Source: Verrucomicrobiota bacterium (GTDB lineage Bacteria > Verrucomicrobiota > Verrucomicrobiia > Opitutales > Coraliomargaritaceae). From it: 64,000 bases of DNA. The stretch spans positions 192,920 to 256,919 of the forward strand of contig JBCBZJ010000004.1 in the NCBI GenBank assembly GCA_039815375.1, written 5' to 3'. Each line of letters starts with the position of its first letter. Position 1 is the stretch's first letter. The notes under the pieces are model-generated. The model searched no databases. It saw nothing but the letters and a program-made list of their open reading frames with translations, and had not been told where the DNA came from. This document shows positions 9,646 through 20,622 of this stretch, in pieces. A program made the position numbers and the translations under genes.

Positions 9646-11129
9646 TGCAAGACGGTCGGTTCAGTGAGTTTCGCAATGCCCGACGCTTTAGGGCAATCAA
9701 TCGATCGGTTCAGATACTGTTGGGGCTCGGCCTGATCATTGCATTGAACTATCTCGCTGCGAAGTATTTCCAGCGCATCGACCTGACTCAGGCAGGTAGC
9801 TACACCCTTGCACCGGAATCCAAAGCTTACATACGGGAACTGCAGGAGCCGGTAGAGATCATCATCACGATTCCAAATAATCCTGATGTTCCCGAGCTCG
9901 TGCAGATTCACCAGCACTTAGCGAAACTGCTCCGCGAATATGAAGCGATGGGCATGCAGGACGGCAGGCACATGGTGAAAATTGAATTCGTCGATATCTA
10001 TCGTCAGCGAAAGCGTGCACAGGAGCTCGCCAGCACATACAAACTCACTCAAGAGAATATCATACTCGTCGCACAGGGCGCCCGGACCAAAGAGATCCGG
10101 CAGGCTGATCTCTATGAAATTGAGAATGAGGAAATAGCTGGCTTCCGTGGCGAGAAAGCCATCACCTCGGCAATCATTGATGTCGCTTCCAACGATGAGG
10201 ATAAGATCTACTTTCTGGTCGGGCACGGAGAGATGCGGCTCGACGACGTCAATCCACTTCGTGGCCTCTCTGAACTGGAGAGTTTTCTACGAGAGCGCAA
10301 CTACACGCTCGCAACACTCGATCTAGCTGTCGATGCAGTCGTACCGGAGGATGCGGATGTCGTCGTGATCCCTTCTCCGCAAGCCAGCTTGCTACCGGAG
10401 GAAGTCGAAAAGCTTCGCCGCTACATGACCGAGCAGAACGGCAAGATGATCGTGCTGCTGGATCCAGGACGCCGTCATGGTATGGAAGACTTGTTCTATG
10501 ATTGGGGTGTCTTGGTTGACGACATGGCTGTCGAGGACGATGGCCCCGACTTTCGCTCGCAGGGCGGCGACCTCATCATCCGTCGCTTTGCCGAACACCC
10601 GATCACAAAACTTTTGGTAGATTACCAGATCACTGCACTCTTCGGAAAACCAAGACCCGTTCGCACTGATCCTGCTTCACTCAATGATGAGCGATTAACC
10701 GTGACTCAGTTTGTGGGCACATCGGAAGAAAGCTGGGGCGAACGGGATTTCCGGTCCCAGGGAGAACCGGTCTACGATGCCGCCCGAGACTTGCGTGGCC
10801 CGGTCAGTATCGCTACCGCCTCAACCCGTAGTGCAGGTTCGCAATTGGGTATAAACATACCCGGCGGACGTCTGGTCGTTTTCGGTAACTCCGATTTTAT
10901 TGCCAACAACCGTCTGCGTGCCTTTGGCAACCGCACGCTTTTCTTTAACTCGGTCAATTGGGCTCTCACCAAGAATAGTTTACTTAATATAGCAACCCGA
11001 CCACTCGAAAGCTATCAAATCGTGATGAGTGAGCGTGACCTGAACCGAGCACTGGTCTACTTTGCTATCATGCCCTCCGGAACCGCGGTTTTCGGCCTTC
11101 TAATCTTCCTGGTCCGCCGCCGCCAATAA
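9642..11129 (+). CDS. GldG-family ABC auxiliary protein
   Basis: RIDLT...YTL, IYFLVGHGE, HPIT, GRLVVFGNSDF; N- and C-terminal TM. Confidence 0.88.
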   Translation: MMQDGRFSEFRNARRFRAINRSVQILLGLGLIIALNYLAAKYFQRIDLTQAGSYTLAPESKAYIRELQEPVEIIITIPNNPDVPELVQIHQHLAKLLREYEAMGMQDGRHMVKIEFVDIYRQRKRAQELASTYKLTQENIILVAQGARTKEIRQADLYEIENEEIAGFRGEKAITSAIIDVASNDEDKIYFLVGHGEMRLDDVNPLRGLSELESFLRERNYTLATLDLAVDAVVPEDADVVVIPSPQASLLPEEVEKLRRYMTEQNGKMIVLLDPGRRHGMEDLFYDWGVLVDDMAVEDDGPDFRSQGGDLIIRRFAEHPITKLLVDYQITALFGKPRPVRTDPASLNDERLTVTQFVGTSEESWGERDFRSQGEPVYDAARDLRGPVSIATASTRSAGSQLGINIPGGRLVVFGNSDFIANNRLRAFGNRTLFFNSVNWALTKNSLLNIATRPLESYQIVMSERDLNRALVYFAIMPSGTAVFGLLIFLVRRRQ

Positions 11130-11133
11130 CCTG

Positions 11134-13083
11134 ATGCGCTTCAAATTCACAATCTTTCTGGTCGTTCTGAACATCATTGTTTTTGGTCTCATCACCTACC
11201 TTAACAAGAGCGCAGAACAGCTCGACGATTCCATGGGTGGGCTTTCCGGACAAATCGGACGTGAGCTTGTTGAAGCAGACCAGATCGAGCTTCGCGGCAG
11301 TATGTCTGCTGAAAATTGGGTATTGCAAAGGGAGGGCTCGAACTGGCGTATCACTGAGCCGATACAGTGGGCGGCAAACTACTTCGCCGTAAGTCGCATC
11401 CTGAATCAGCTCCAATTTATTGAGGAACAAGCGAGCTTCACGGTCGATGAAATCGCAAAATCCGGACAAACACTTGCGGACTACGGACTGAAAGAACCAA
11501 GCCTTGAATTGATTATATCCGAGGGCGACGAATCACTCAAGCTGAGCATCGGCACAACCACTGAAATCGGAAACAACGTTTATATGCTCGGCCCGGACCA
11601 AGAGCAGATTTTCGTGGTCAGCCGCAGAGTGCGAGATGGCCTTCTCGTTAATTTGGATGATCTGAAAAACCGAGAAATTTTCGACATACCTGTATTCGAA
11701 ATTCAAGAGTTGAGCCTGCAGATCAACTCTTCGACGACTAGCAGCAATGGAGACCTCAAAGTTCGCCTCGCCAATACGGCCGGGAATTGGCGCTTTGAAA
11801 CCCCTCTTGCCGCAGAAGCCGACCCAGCTCTCGTCTCCAATACCATTAATACCCTCGCTGCCGTTAAGGTGGGGCGATTTCTGGAGCCGGATGCAGGAGA
11901 CCCGGTCACCCAAGGACTGGAGAACCCATTCATGCGTGTTACACTCCACGGTAATAAACGCCGCCAGACACTTTATATCGGAAACAAAGATCCATTTGCA
12001 TCAGAGGGGCAGGCTCAATATTTTGCACGCTTTCAAGACAACCCCGCAGTCTTTACCGTAGAAGCAACACCCTTTGAGGAGTTAATGGAGGCTCAGGAAT
12101 CGCTCCGTGAAAGAAATTTCATGGCTTTTGAGAGTGATGACTTGAACACGATTCACATTGCCGAAAACGGACGCCAGATACGTCTACAAAAAATTGAAAC
12201 CGGCGACTGGCAGGTCCTCGAAAGCACGGGAGACAGCGACGTTCAACCACGCAGAGCAGACCCAATTGTTATGCAAAAGATTATCACCGACTTGCAGGAT
12301 CTCAGAGCCAAGACTTTCGCATTGGATGCCCCAACCGGTGTTGATCTGGAGATTTATGGATTCAATCAACCCAGACGAGCTGTAACGCTCTACTTCGATA
12401 ACAAACAGCCGCTTTTACTAGAACTCGCTCATCCTGGAGACGAGAATCTAAAGCTTTATGCACGCACCGGCCAGAATGATTTCATCTATGAAGTCGAACG
12501 GCGCCCTTCGCTCCAGCTGCTACCGCTAAACGCCCTGCATTATCGCAATCGAACGATTGATAAATTACCCCAAGCTGCCGTTATTCGATCCCTGACTCTG
12601 AAAAATCTACAGACAGACGAGCAAATCTTCGAATACCAGCTGGAAGAAGGCGGCATATGGGAAGCAAAGCTTGCCGACCTCGATGCCAAGACTGCTAAAT
12701 CCATCAATACACTACTTAAAACCGTTCGCTCATTCGAGGTGGAAACGTATTTGTATAACCAATACAGCGATGCCTATCGAGTAGACTCCGAAAAAGAGTT
12801 ACCCTGGGCCTTTAGTCTCGATGCAGAGATACTTCTGCCCGGTGGCGATGATCAACAAATACGGCGCATCCAATATGTTTTCACCGAACGGCTTTCCGGC
12901 ACGGTACAAGTCGGCGGATCCAAAACTCACAATACCGTCTTCCAACTGACGCAGAAATCAATCGATGCACTCTACGACCTGACTGACACAATGAAGCTAC
13001 CTCCTGAGTCGTTAGGTGAACCCGTTCCCGACCCGGAAAGCATTGCGCCTGTTCCAGAACCTGAACCGCCATCCGACGGATAA
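11134..13083 (+). CDS. DUF4340-like periplasmic protein (repeated domains)
   Basis: N-terminal anchor; repeated W.I..P and YGL..P motifs; usual position after GldG. Confidence 0.75.
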   Translation: MRFKFTIFLVVLNIIVFGLITYLNKSAEQLDDSMGGLSGQIGRELVEADQIELRGSMSAENWVLQREGSNWRITEPIQWAANYFAVSRILNQLQFIEEQASFTVDEIAKSGQTLADYGLKEPSLELIISEGDESLKLSIGTTTEIGNNVYMLGPDQEQIFVVSRRVRDGLLVNLDDLKNREIFDIPVFEIQELSLQINSSTTSSNGDLKVRLANTAGNWRFETPLAAEADPALVSNTINTLAAVKVGRFLEPDAGDPVTQGLENPFMRVTLHGNKRRQTLYIGNKDPFASEGQAQYFARFQDNPAVFTVEATPFEELMEAQESLRERNFMAFESDDLNTIHIAENGRQIRLQKIETGDWQVLESTGDSDVQPRRADPIVMQKIITDLQDLRAKTFALDAPTGVDLEIYGFNQPRRAVTLYFDNKQPLLLELAHPGDENLKLYARTGQNDFIYEVERRPSLQLLPLNALHYRNRTIDKLPQAAVIRSLTLKNLQTDEQIFEYQLEEGGIWEAKLADLDAKTAKSINTLLKTVRSFEVETYLYNQYSDAYRVDSEKELPWAFSLDAEILLPGGDDQQIRRIQYVFTERLSGTVQVGGSKTHNTVFQLTQKSIDALYDLTDTMKLPPESLGEPVPDPESIAPVPEPEPPSDG

Positions 13084-13086
13084 GCA

Positions 13087-15780
13087 ATGCCTGCCAGCGG
13101 AAAAGCCCGGGCTCAAGTATTTGTCGAAATTTTCCTCGATGCGGCCTTGCTGGTTCTGTTTGTCGGGCAAGCGTTTCTACTTTCTTGCCTACTGCTTTTT
13201 GGCCACATTCCACTGCCAACTTCCTGGACGAGTAAAATAGTCAGTCGGCAGTTGCCTGCGGACCTTACATTGGATGCTGGCAGCTATAACCTTACATTGG
13301 ACGGCACAATTGAAATTGACAGCCTTTCCCTACACGCGAATGGCTTTAGCCAAGCCATTTTTGTTGCTGATGGCGCAATCGTAAGCCTTGGCGGCTGGTC
13401 GAATCTCAAACCAGGTCTGGAGGAGCTGGTTCTCTCCAATGGAGAGCTTAAACTGCCGGCAGTTTACTCACCCAGTGGGCAGAACGAGAGCATGCTTGAG
13501 CGCATCGCGTTTAGCCTCGGATATGAGGACGGGATGATTCAGATCGAGTCTTTTGCGGCATTGCATCAGGATATTCGGTTGCGAGGCAGCTTTGAATGGC
13601 CCTTTTCCATGGAAGGCGGTGGCAGTGGCGATATCGATGATGAATCAGAGCCATTCATCAACGGCTTCTTTGAACAAGCCGCCTTCATCATAAAGCAAAA
13701 GTCCCGTATCGAAGGCCTGAATCAACCAACCTTGCTATTTCAAATTGCAGGAAACGAAGACAACTCCTTCAAGATCCAAACCACGATCGGTAGTCGTGAG
13801 CTAAAGCTACCTGGACTCGAAGCAAGGAACATCACCCTCGATGCAGACTTGATAATGAGTGGCGCTAGTCTGGTAAACCGATCCTCGCTCCTGTTTGAAG
13901 CTGACTACATTGAGATACCCGAATACGATATTCAAGCTCAGGCGATTCAAGCTCTAATCGACAGTGAGGAATGGGAGGCACTGCTACAAGGCGATTGGCC
14001 AAATATGGAGATTGCGGCTCGCCAGTTAAGCTTCGATAAAATCGAACTCGATTCGCCCCAGATCACCGTGGCGCCACAAGCTTTCCAAGAAGTAAATTTC
14101 CGGGGAACCACCAGCGGGCTGGATGGAGTCATTGAGTTTTCCGGTGGATTGAATATAAAAACGCGAAGCGCAAGAGTGAGAGCTGCCGGCAGTGTAGATC
14201 TCTTATCCATCGCCGGTGAAAAGACAACTGCCCAACTCCCGCCGATAGAGTTGTCGAGTGCGCCCTACTATAACCTATCATTGCAATTCGGAGAGGGCTT
14301 TGCCCTGGAGTCGGCCCGATTAAAAGCGCGAATCGATGATCTAGACATAAAAGGTATTCCGTTTGGCCATATTCGAGTAGAAGGCAGTTTCTCGAATGGC
14401 GTCTATGATATCGAAAATCTATACTTACGTCGTGATTGGCAATGGCTGAATCTCGGTTTCAATTTAGATAGCTCGACCCACGACTACCGAGTACGTCTTG
14501 TCGGTTTTGCAAAACCATATGATTACAACGACATATTACCTCACTGGTGGGCCGGGATTTTTCGCGATTTCAGCTTTGAGGAAATCGAAAGCGGCCTTGG
14601 AGATTTTATTATTTATGGGAACACCCGAAAAAGAGCTGCCGACCTCTTCTTCGGGCATGCCCGGGCAACCAAGGTAAGCTACAAGGACGTGATGATCGAT
14701 GAGGGCGAACTCATCGTTAGAGGCCGAGGCCCGTATGCCGAGGTGCATCGTCTGAATGGGCGAAGTGGAAAAGGCTATGCCCGTGGTGATATACGATTCG
14801 CATCGCGTCTGGACTATATACGAGGGCCCATGTCGCTGCGCATGGACCTCGAGACCAAGCTTCCTCTCAATGACGCACAAAAACTGTTTGATGAGAACAT
14901 CGCCGGGATCATCGCAGATTTTTCAACGGACGCACTTCCGGAAACCAGATTGCAGGGAGCCATTTTCAATAAGGCCTATCAGGAATATACCGGCAAGAGC
15001 TACATTGATTTATCAGCGAGCTGCCCCTCGCCAGTCACTTACAATGGCATCCCACTCGACTCCATTCAATTTGAACTATTTGGGCGCAACCAGATTACAT
15101 ATCTTAGAAATATGAGAATCGGCTATGCCGATGGTGATGGAGTCGCACAGGTTGATATTCTAACTCCTGAGGGGAGCGATGCTCAGGCGCGCTTCAGCTT
15201 TGAGCTAAGCGGCGCCGATCAGGCAAAAACCATTCAAGCTCTCAATAGCCTGGATGACGAACCTGAAGCTAGAGAGGAGCTAGATGAGGTAAAGGACTCC
15301 GAGGGAGTCATCGCACTAAGACTCAATGCGAAAGGTCCTGTTGACGACCCTCTACAGTTCCAAGGATATGGCGAATTTAGCATTTTTAACAAAGCGCTGT
15401 CTTCTATCGATCTTTTCGGGCCGCTTTCCAGGCTGCTGAAGAACACACGGCTGGGTTTCACATCCTTTGCACTACAAGAAATGGATGGTGAATTTAATCT
15501 GCAGGAGAATATCATAGAGTTCACAAAACTCGAAATCAATGGTCCGAGGACTAAGATTGAAGCACCTGGAACCCTTCAGCTTGAAAACCTTACGCTAGCG
15601 ATGCGCGTCAGTGTCTATCTCTTTGGAAACGCAGGTAACCCGAACTCAACCATAAGAAGAATCAGTGATATGATTACAAAGCCGATTCCAAATCTACTCG
15701 AGTTTGAACTCAGCGGCACGCCCGACAGCCAAAAGTGGCGCTCACTTTACGATCCGCGCAAACTGATCCCGCAGTTTTGA
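13087..15780 (+). CDS. AsmA-like large beta-rich envelope protein
   Basis: 897 aa, N-terminal TM, beta-strand pattern, C-terminal ..LSGTPDSQKW. Confidence 0.6.
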   Translation: MPASGKARAQVFVEIFLDAALLVLFVGQAFLLSCLLLFGHIPLPTSWTSKIVSRQLPADLTLDAGSYNLTLDGTIEIDSLSLHANGFSQAIFVADGAIVSLGGWSNLKPGLEELVLSNGELKLPAVYSPSGQNESMLERIAFSLGYEDGMIQIESFAALHQDIRLRGSFEWPFSMEGGGSGDIDDESEPFINGFFEQAAFIIKQKSRIEGLNQPTLLFQIAGNEDNSFKIQTTIGSRELKLPGLEARNITLDADLIMSGASLVNRSSLLFEADYIEIPEYDIQAQAIQALIDSEEWEALLQGDWPNMEIAARQLSFDKIELDSPQITVAPQAFQEVNFRGTTSGLDGVIEFSGGLNIKTRSARVRAAGSVDLLSIAGEKTTAQLPPIELSSAPYYNLSLQFGEGFALESARLKARIDDLDIKGIPFGHIRVEGSFSNGVYDIENLYLRRDWQWLNLGFNLDSSTHDYRVRLVGFAKPYDYNDILPHWWAGIFRDFSFEEIESGLGDFIIYGNTRKRAADLFFGHARATKVSYKDVMIDEGELIVRGRGPYAEVHRLNGRSGKGYARGDIRFASRLDYIRGPMSLRMDLETKLPLNDAQKLFDENIAGIIADFSTDALPETRLQGAIFNKAYQEYTGKSYIDLSASCPSPVTYNGIPLDSIQFELFGRNQITYLRNMRIGYADGDGVAQVDILTPEGSDAQARFSFELSGADQAKTIQALNSLDDEPEAREELDEVKDSEGVIALRLNAKGPVDDPLQFQGYGEFSIFNKALSSIDLFGPLSRLLKNTRLGFTSFALQEMDGEFNLQENIIEFTKLEINGPRTKIEAPGTLQLENLTLAMRVSVYLFGNAGNPNSTIRRISDMITKPIPNLLEFELSGTPDSQKWRSLYDPRKLIPQF

Positions 15781-16739
15781 TAAACGGCCTGAGCTGCTTC
15801 GATTCCTGACAACGCGGCGCCCTCGACCCGAGCTCCCCCGAAAGCGTCACCAGCAAGTGTTAACCTCAGGGCTTGATTCGTAAATTGCTTCTCATGCCAG
15901 GGATTGAGTGGCGTGGTAAAGCCCCAGCGGTGGCAACTGTATTCAATGACTCTGGAGCCAAGATAAGATTTCGCCGCATCAAGCATGATCGGGCCCCGGA
16001 GCTCGTCCGCAGAATCCCAATGCTTTTCTGCAAAGGCTGCATCAGCGTGAATCGTAACCGCACAAACATCAGGCGAAATACCCTTGGTCTGGTTGTCTGC
16101 GACCCACGCAAGCGGGCTATCCAGAACCTTTGCGAAGCCTTTACCTTCAAGTGCACTTGGACCATCGAGTAACGCGAGGGTCGCGAGACCTTTGGCATAT
16201 CGAACGCGGCGCAATGCTGTTTCATCTTCGCCTGCATAAGTGAGACCCGTGGTGTCAAGCAAAGCCAATGCTTGAGGCAGAGGCGCGGAGACAACCAGAT
16301 AATGCGCCGTGAACAAGGCGCCACTTTCAGCAGTGGCAACCCATGTATCGATGTTGCGCGAGAGCTCGATGATCCGCTCGCCGCGCACTGTATCAAGACC
16401 TGCAGCCAAGTGTTTCGGCACGTCAGTCATGCCATTCAATCCACAATAACGCGAATAGCCATCCGGATTCGTATCTTCCGGCGAGTGGCGAAACCATTCC
16501 TTGATCACTCCGCTCGAGATCCACTCACTGACGTATGCCTGCAAACGTGAATCACGGACTGTGAAAAACTGTGCGCCATGGTCAAAACGGCCTGCCCCCA
16601 TACGGCGCGTCGCCATCCGTCCGCCGAAACCACGCCCCTTGTCGACGACACGAACGGTCAACCCCGCGCGCTGCAGTTCAGTTGCGCAAAGCAAACCTGA
16701 AATGCCGGCACCTATAATGAGAACATCAGCGTGATTCAT
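15747..16739 (-). CDS. renalase-like FAD-dependent oxidoreductase
   Basis: IIGAGISG, DKGRGFGGRMATRR, FDHGAQFFT, AGD...G.RVEGA; ATG 16739 overlaps the upstream stop. Confidence 0.88.
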   Translation of the reverse strand: MNHADVLIIGAGISGLLCATELQRAGLTVRVVDKGRGFGGRMATRRMGAGRFDHGAQFFTVRDSRLQAYVSEWISSGVIKEWFRHSPEDTNPDGYSRYCGLNGMTDVPKHLAAGLDTVRGERIIELSRNIDTWVATAESGALFTAHYLVVSAPLPQALALLDTTGLTYAGEDETALRRVRYAKGLATLALLDGPSALEGKGFAKVLDSPLAWVADNQTKGISPDVCAVTIHADAAFAEKHWDSADELRGPIMLDAAKSYLGSRVIEYSCHRWGFTTPLNPWHEKQFTNQALRLTLAGDAFGGARVEGAALSGIEAAQAVYQNCGISLRGS

Positions 16740-17626
16740 TCTTTGAGAGTGTTTCTTAATGCGCTTTCGATATCCGGAAAATTCCACTGAAAATCGAGAG
16801 CCGTGAGTTTTGCAGGAATGACCTTGAGATTGGAAAGGATGGTTTCATTGCCCATTTCTCCGAACAAAGTTTTCACTATTGCTGTGGGCAAAGGAAAGAT
16901 CGTCGGGCGCCCCAATACCTTACCAAGTGCTTTTGTGAACTCAGCATTTGTAACTGCCTCAGGGCTAACCGCATTCACTGGACCCTCGATCTCACAATCC
17001 ACAATACAGCGTTCAAAAATGCGAACAAGGTCGTCCAACCCGATCCAGCTCATAATTTGCCTGCCGCTACCAACACGGCCGCCAAGGCCGGCTTTGAAAG
17101 GCGATAGCAGTTTTTTCAAGGCGCCGCCCTCCTTACTCAATACGACTCCAGTTCGGAGAAAGACACACCTTAGACCAGCTTTTCGAAGCGGATCCGCCGC
17201 GCCTTCCCAGCCCTGAGTTACTTTCGCGAGGAATCCGCCCCCCAAAGGCATCGATTCGTCCAGTGCGTCCGGTAAATCCACTCCGTAGTAGCTGATACCT
17301 GAGGCAGAGATATAATCAATCGCTCGGTTCTGCTTGAGTATCTCACGAACCAGCAAATCCGCACTTTTGACACGACTGTCCAGAATTCTCGCCTTGGCGG
17401 ATTCAGTCCATCGCTGGTCTACAGATTCGCCCGCGAGATGCACCACCACATCGATGCCATCCAAAGACCCACTATCGATCTCGCCGGCTTCGGGATTCCA
17501 GCTGATGTCGCCGGAGGAACGGGATAGCCTGCGGACAACATGGCCATTGGCCTGCAGACAGGCACAAAGCGAACGACCAACCAGACCGGTGGCACCACTT
17601 ACCAAAACCGTTTTCTGTTCACTCAT
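16736..17626 (-). CDS. TIGR01777-family NAD-dependent epimerase-like protein
   Basis: SGATGLVG, HLAGE, RWT, SR, GLGG..GSG.Q. Confidence 0.9.
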   Translation of the reverse strand: MSEQKTVLVSGATGLVGRSLCACLQANGHVVRRLSRSSGDISWNPEAGEIDSGSLDGIDVVVHLAGESVDQRWTESAKARILDSRVKSADLLVREILKQNRAIDYISASGISYYGVDLPDALDESMPLGGGFLAKVTQGWEGAADPLRKAGLRCVFLRTGVVLSKEGGALKKLLSPFKAGLGGRVGSGRQIMSWIGLDDLVRIFERCIVDCEIEGPVNAVSPEAVTNAEFTKALGKVLGRPTIFPLPTAIVKTLFGEMGNETILSNLKVIPAKLTALDFQWNFPDIESALRNTLKE

Positions 17627-19053
17627 GATTTAAATGCTTCAAAGGCTGCAAGCGCCCGTCCACGACCTTCCTTATGTTCAACAATGGGCAATGGATAATC
17701 ATTACCCAGCTCAATACCAGCGTGTTGTAGGATTCCCGGAGGAGCCTCCCATGGCGCGTGGATGAATTTTGCCGGGAGTTTCTCCAGCTCGGGAACATAG
17801 CTTTTTACGTACGCTCCGTCTGGATCGAACTTTTGCCCCTGAATAATCGGATTAAAAACTCGAAAATACGGTGCTGCATCCGCACCGCAGCCACCACTCC
17901 ATTGCCAGCCGAGCGTATTACTCGCAAGGTCAGCATCCAGTAACGTATCCCAAAACCATGCGGCCCCATCTTTCCAACTGTGGAGCAAATGCTTCACTAG
18001 CAGCGAGGCCACAATCATGCGAACGCGATTGTGCATCCAGCCGGTTCGCCAAAGTTGCCGCATGCCGGCGTCTACAATCGGGTAACCAGTCTCACCACGT
18101 TGCCAACGTCCCAGCACCTCTTCGTTACGCTCCCAGGGGAATTCGTTAAACTCCGGCCTAAGGGGCGCATCCGCGGTGTGGGGGAAATGATAGAGCACAT
18201 TATAGGCAAACTCGCGCCAGTAAATCTCCTTAAGATAAACAAATGGACCGTCGCCGGAAAGATCGGTCCTTTCCTTCAAAGCCGCAACAATCTGCCTGGG
18301 GCCGATCAGTCCAAAGTGCAGATATGGTGATAGCGCAGAGGTCCCGTCAAAGTCCGGTCGGTCTCGGTCCACATCGTATTTTTGGACTGCACTTTCCAGG
18401 AAACGCTCAAGACCGGACAGAGCTCCTTCCTCCGAAACATCCCACATCGTTTCCATTTCGGAATGCCAGTTTACTTTCGGGAGCAAGCCAAGCGCGTCCA
18501 GCGGAACAGACTCAGGAAAGGTATCAGGGAATTTCAACTTACTGAAATCAATTTCAACCGGCTCTTTAACCGGCCGGTCTTTAACCGCTTTGAAGAAGGG
18601 CGTGTAGACCTTGTAGGGTTGACCACTACCCGTACTCACCGTGTGCGGCTCCACCAGCAAACTACTATTGAAGCTCTTCACCTCGATACCGATATCGACC
18701 AGGTCCCTTTTGATGGAGGCATCCAATTCACGCAAATGCCCCTCGTATCGACGATTCCAATACACACGCCCGGCTCCGGTTGTTTCGATCAGCTCACGCA
18801 AAACCGAAAGGGCCTCTCCATTTCTAAGGACGATTTTTCCCCTCAAATTCAGGAGCTGTCTATCGAGACTTTTTAAAGCCTGATGCAGCCACCATTTTGA
18901 GGCGCCTCCGAGCTTCCACTCCCCATAACTCTCGTCGTCGTTGATGTAGATCGGGACTATGGGCTCTCCTACATGGATCGCCTCAGCCAGAGCCGCGTTA
19001 TCGGAAAGGCGCAAATCGTTTCGGAACCAAAGAATCGTAGGTTTTACAGACAC
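17623..19053 (-). CDS. phrB: deoxyribodipyrimidine photolyase
   Basis: WFRNDLRLSDN, LSPYLHFG, WREF, GETGYPIVDAGMRQL, WMHNRVRM; GTG start 19053 inferred. Confidence 0.93.
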   Translation of the reverse strand: MSVKPTILWFRNDLRLSDNAALAEAIHVGEPIVPIYINDDESYGEWKLGGASKWWLHQALKSLDRQLLNLRGKIVLRNGEALSVLRELIETTGAGRVYWNRRYEGHLRELDASIKRDLVDIGIEVKSFNSSLLVEPHTVSTGSGQPYKVYTPFFKAVKDRPVKEPVEIDFSKLKFPDTFPESVPLDALGLLPKVNWHSEMETMWDVSEEGALSGLERFLESAVQKYDVDRDRPDFDGTSALSPYLHFGLIGPRQIVAALKERTDLSGDGPFVYLKEIYWREFAYNVLYHFPHTADAPLRPEFNEFPWERNEEVLGRWQRGETGYPIVDAGMRQLWRTGWMHNRVRMIVASLLVKHLLHSWKDGAAWFWDTLLDADLASNTLGWQWSGGCGADAAPYFRVFNPIIQGQKFDPDGAYVKSYVPELEKLPAKFIHAPWEAPPGILQHAGIELGNDYPLPIVEHKEGRGRALAAFEAFKS

Positions 19054-19135
19054 GTAGAATAATGAAGTTTGGAGGGCTAAACTTACAGCTCGAGACACTC
19101 TTGCTTTAGTGAAAATTCCAGTCATTTTGAAAGAC

Positions 19136-19744
19136 ATGGATACTCTATCAGCCATACGTGAGCGGCGCTCTGTCAAGCGCTACGATCCTACGCACGAAAT
19201 GTCGGAAGCCGAGATCAACGGCCTCCTTGAGCTAGCGCTCCTCTCTCCTACTTCCTTCAACATGCAAAACTGGCGCTTCGTCGTTGTGACCGATCAGGAA
19301 AAAAAGGAGGCGATCTGCACTGCTTCCTGGAACCAGGTGCAGGTCAAAGAGGCTTCAATCACCATTTTGCTCTGCGCAGACCTTGATGCACATGACGATG
19401 CGGACCGCTACTGGGTCAATGCGCCGCAACCGGTCCAGGACATGATCGTCCCCATGATTCCGAAATTCTACGAGGGTAACGCCGGTCTGCAACGAGACGA
19501 AGCCATGCGTTCGATTGGGATAGCAGGACAAACCTTGATGCTTGCGGCAAAGGCCATGGGCTATGACAGCTGCCCTATGATCGGCTTCGATCCGGCCAAG
19601 GTAGCCGAAATAATTGAGCTGCCTGAGAACCATCTGGTCGGGATGATGCTGACGGTCGGAAAAGCAATCAAAGATGCCAACGTCCGCGGTGGTCAGCTCC
19701 CTTACGAGGAAGTGGTCTTCCGTGACAGCTTTCCCGCTTCATAG
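19136..19744 (+). CDS. nitroreductase family protein
   Basis: [28 protein letters not shown]. Confidence 0.9.
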   Translation: MDTLSAIRERRSVKRYDPTHEMSEAEINGLLELALLSPTSFNMQNWRFVVVTDQEKKEAICTASWNQVQVKEASITILLCADLDAHDDADRYWVNAPQPVQDMIVPMIPKFYEGNAGLQRDEAMRSIGIAGQTLMLAAKAMGYDSCPMIGFDPAKVAEIIELPENHLVGMMLTVGKAIKDANVRGGQLPYEEVVFRDSFPAS

Positions 19745-19791
19745 ATAAGAAAAGTTTTGCTTCTGCCAACGAGCCCGACTTCACTCGCCGG

Positions 19792-20130
19792 ATGTATGAA
19801 TTAAGCGGAAAAGTTAAGGAAATTTTCGAAGAGCAAACCTTCGGCAGCGGCTTTAACAAGCGAGAGTTTGTTGTCACCACTGATGCGGACAAATACCCTC
19901 AGGACATCAAGTTTGAGTGCGTCAAAGACAAAGTCGAGATGGTCAACAAGCTCAAGAAGGGCGACAAGGTAAAGGTTAGTTTCGATCTGCGCGGACGCGA
20001 ATGGCAGGGCAAATATTTCGTTAATCTCAACGCCTGGAAGATCGACTACGGTGCAGCCGACCAAGCCAGCGACGCGCCTCCGCCTTTCGACCCGGCCGAC
20101 GAAATTCTCGACGAAGAGCCTCCATTCTAG
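19792..20130 (+). CDS. DUF3127-family OB-fold protein
   Basis: [27 protein letters not shown]; acidic SSB-like tail EEPPF. Confidence 0.85.
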   Translation: MYELSGKVKEIFEEQTFGSGFNKREFVVTTDADKYPQDIKFECVKDKVEMVNKLKKGDKVKVSFDLRGREWQGKYFVNLNAWKIDYGAADQASDAPPPFDPADEILDEEPPF

Positions 20131-20184
20131 AATCTGTAAAGAGCGTTGCCAGAAGGGCTTTCGTTCTATCTGATCCATTCCGAA

Positions 20185-20622
20185 ATGAAGCGTATCGTTA
20201 TTATCAACGGTCCAAATCTGGACCGGCTCGGTCTGCGTGAGCCGGAAATCTACGGTGACCAAACTCTGACCGACCTGGAGAACCTACTCGTTGAGGAGGC
20301 TGCTTCGTTAGGCGTGGACGTTCAGTTCTACCAAAGTAACCACGAGGGCTTCATCATTGATGAAATCAATAATCAGTATGCCGACGGTGAAGTCTTTGGA
20401 CTGATCATCAATCCGGGTGCGCTTACACATACCAGCCTCGCTTTGCGGGATGCACTGGCCGGCAGCGACCTTCCGGCTATTGAGGTGCACATCAGTAACA
20501 TTTATAAGCGCGAAAAAATACGGCAGCATTCCATGACTGCGGAGGCCTGCCTGGGTGTTATCTCCGGTATCGGCTTCGATGGTTACCTAGCTGCCTTACG
20601 CTACCTTGCAAAGCTGGACTAG
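20185..20622 (+). CDS. aroQ: type II 3-dehydroquinate dehydratase
   Basis: NGPNL.RLGLREPEIYG, QSNHEG, INPGALTHTS, EVHISN. Confidence 0.95.
   Translation: MKRIVIINGPNLDRLGLREPEIYGDQTLTDLENLLVEEAASLGVDVQFYQSNHEGFIIDEINNQYADGEVFGLIINPGALTHTSLALRDALAGSDLPAIEVHISNIYKREKIRQHSMTAEACLGVISGIGFDGYLAALRYLAKLD

Noticed and set aside
7862..11129. Gliding motility locus
   Set aside because: GldAFG-like ABC systems occur widely in non-gliding bacteria, and no motor or T9SS genes are present
13262..13301. Direct repeat ACCTTACATTGGA with 27-bp period
   Set aside because: Two copies, in frame within a CDS; not a CRISPR array
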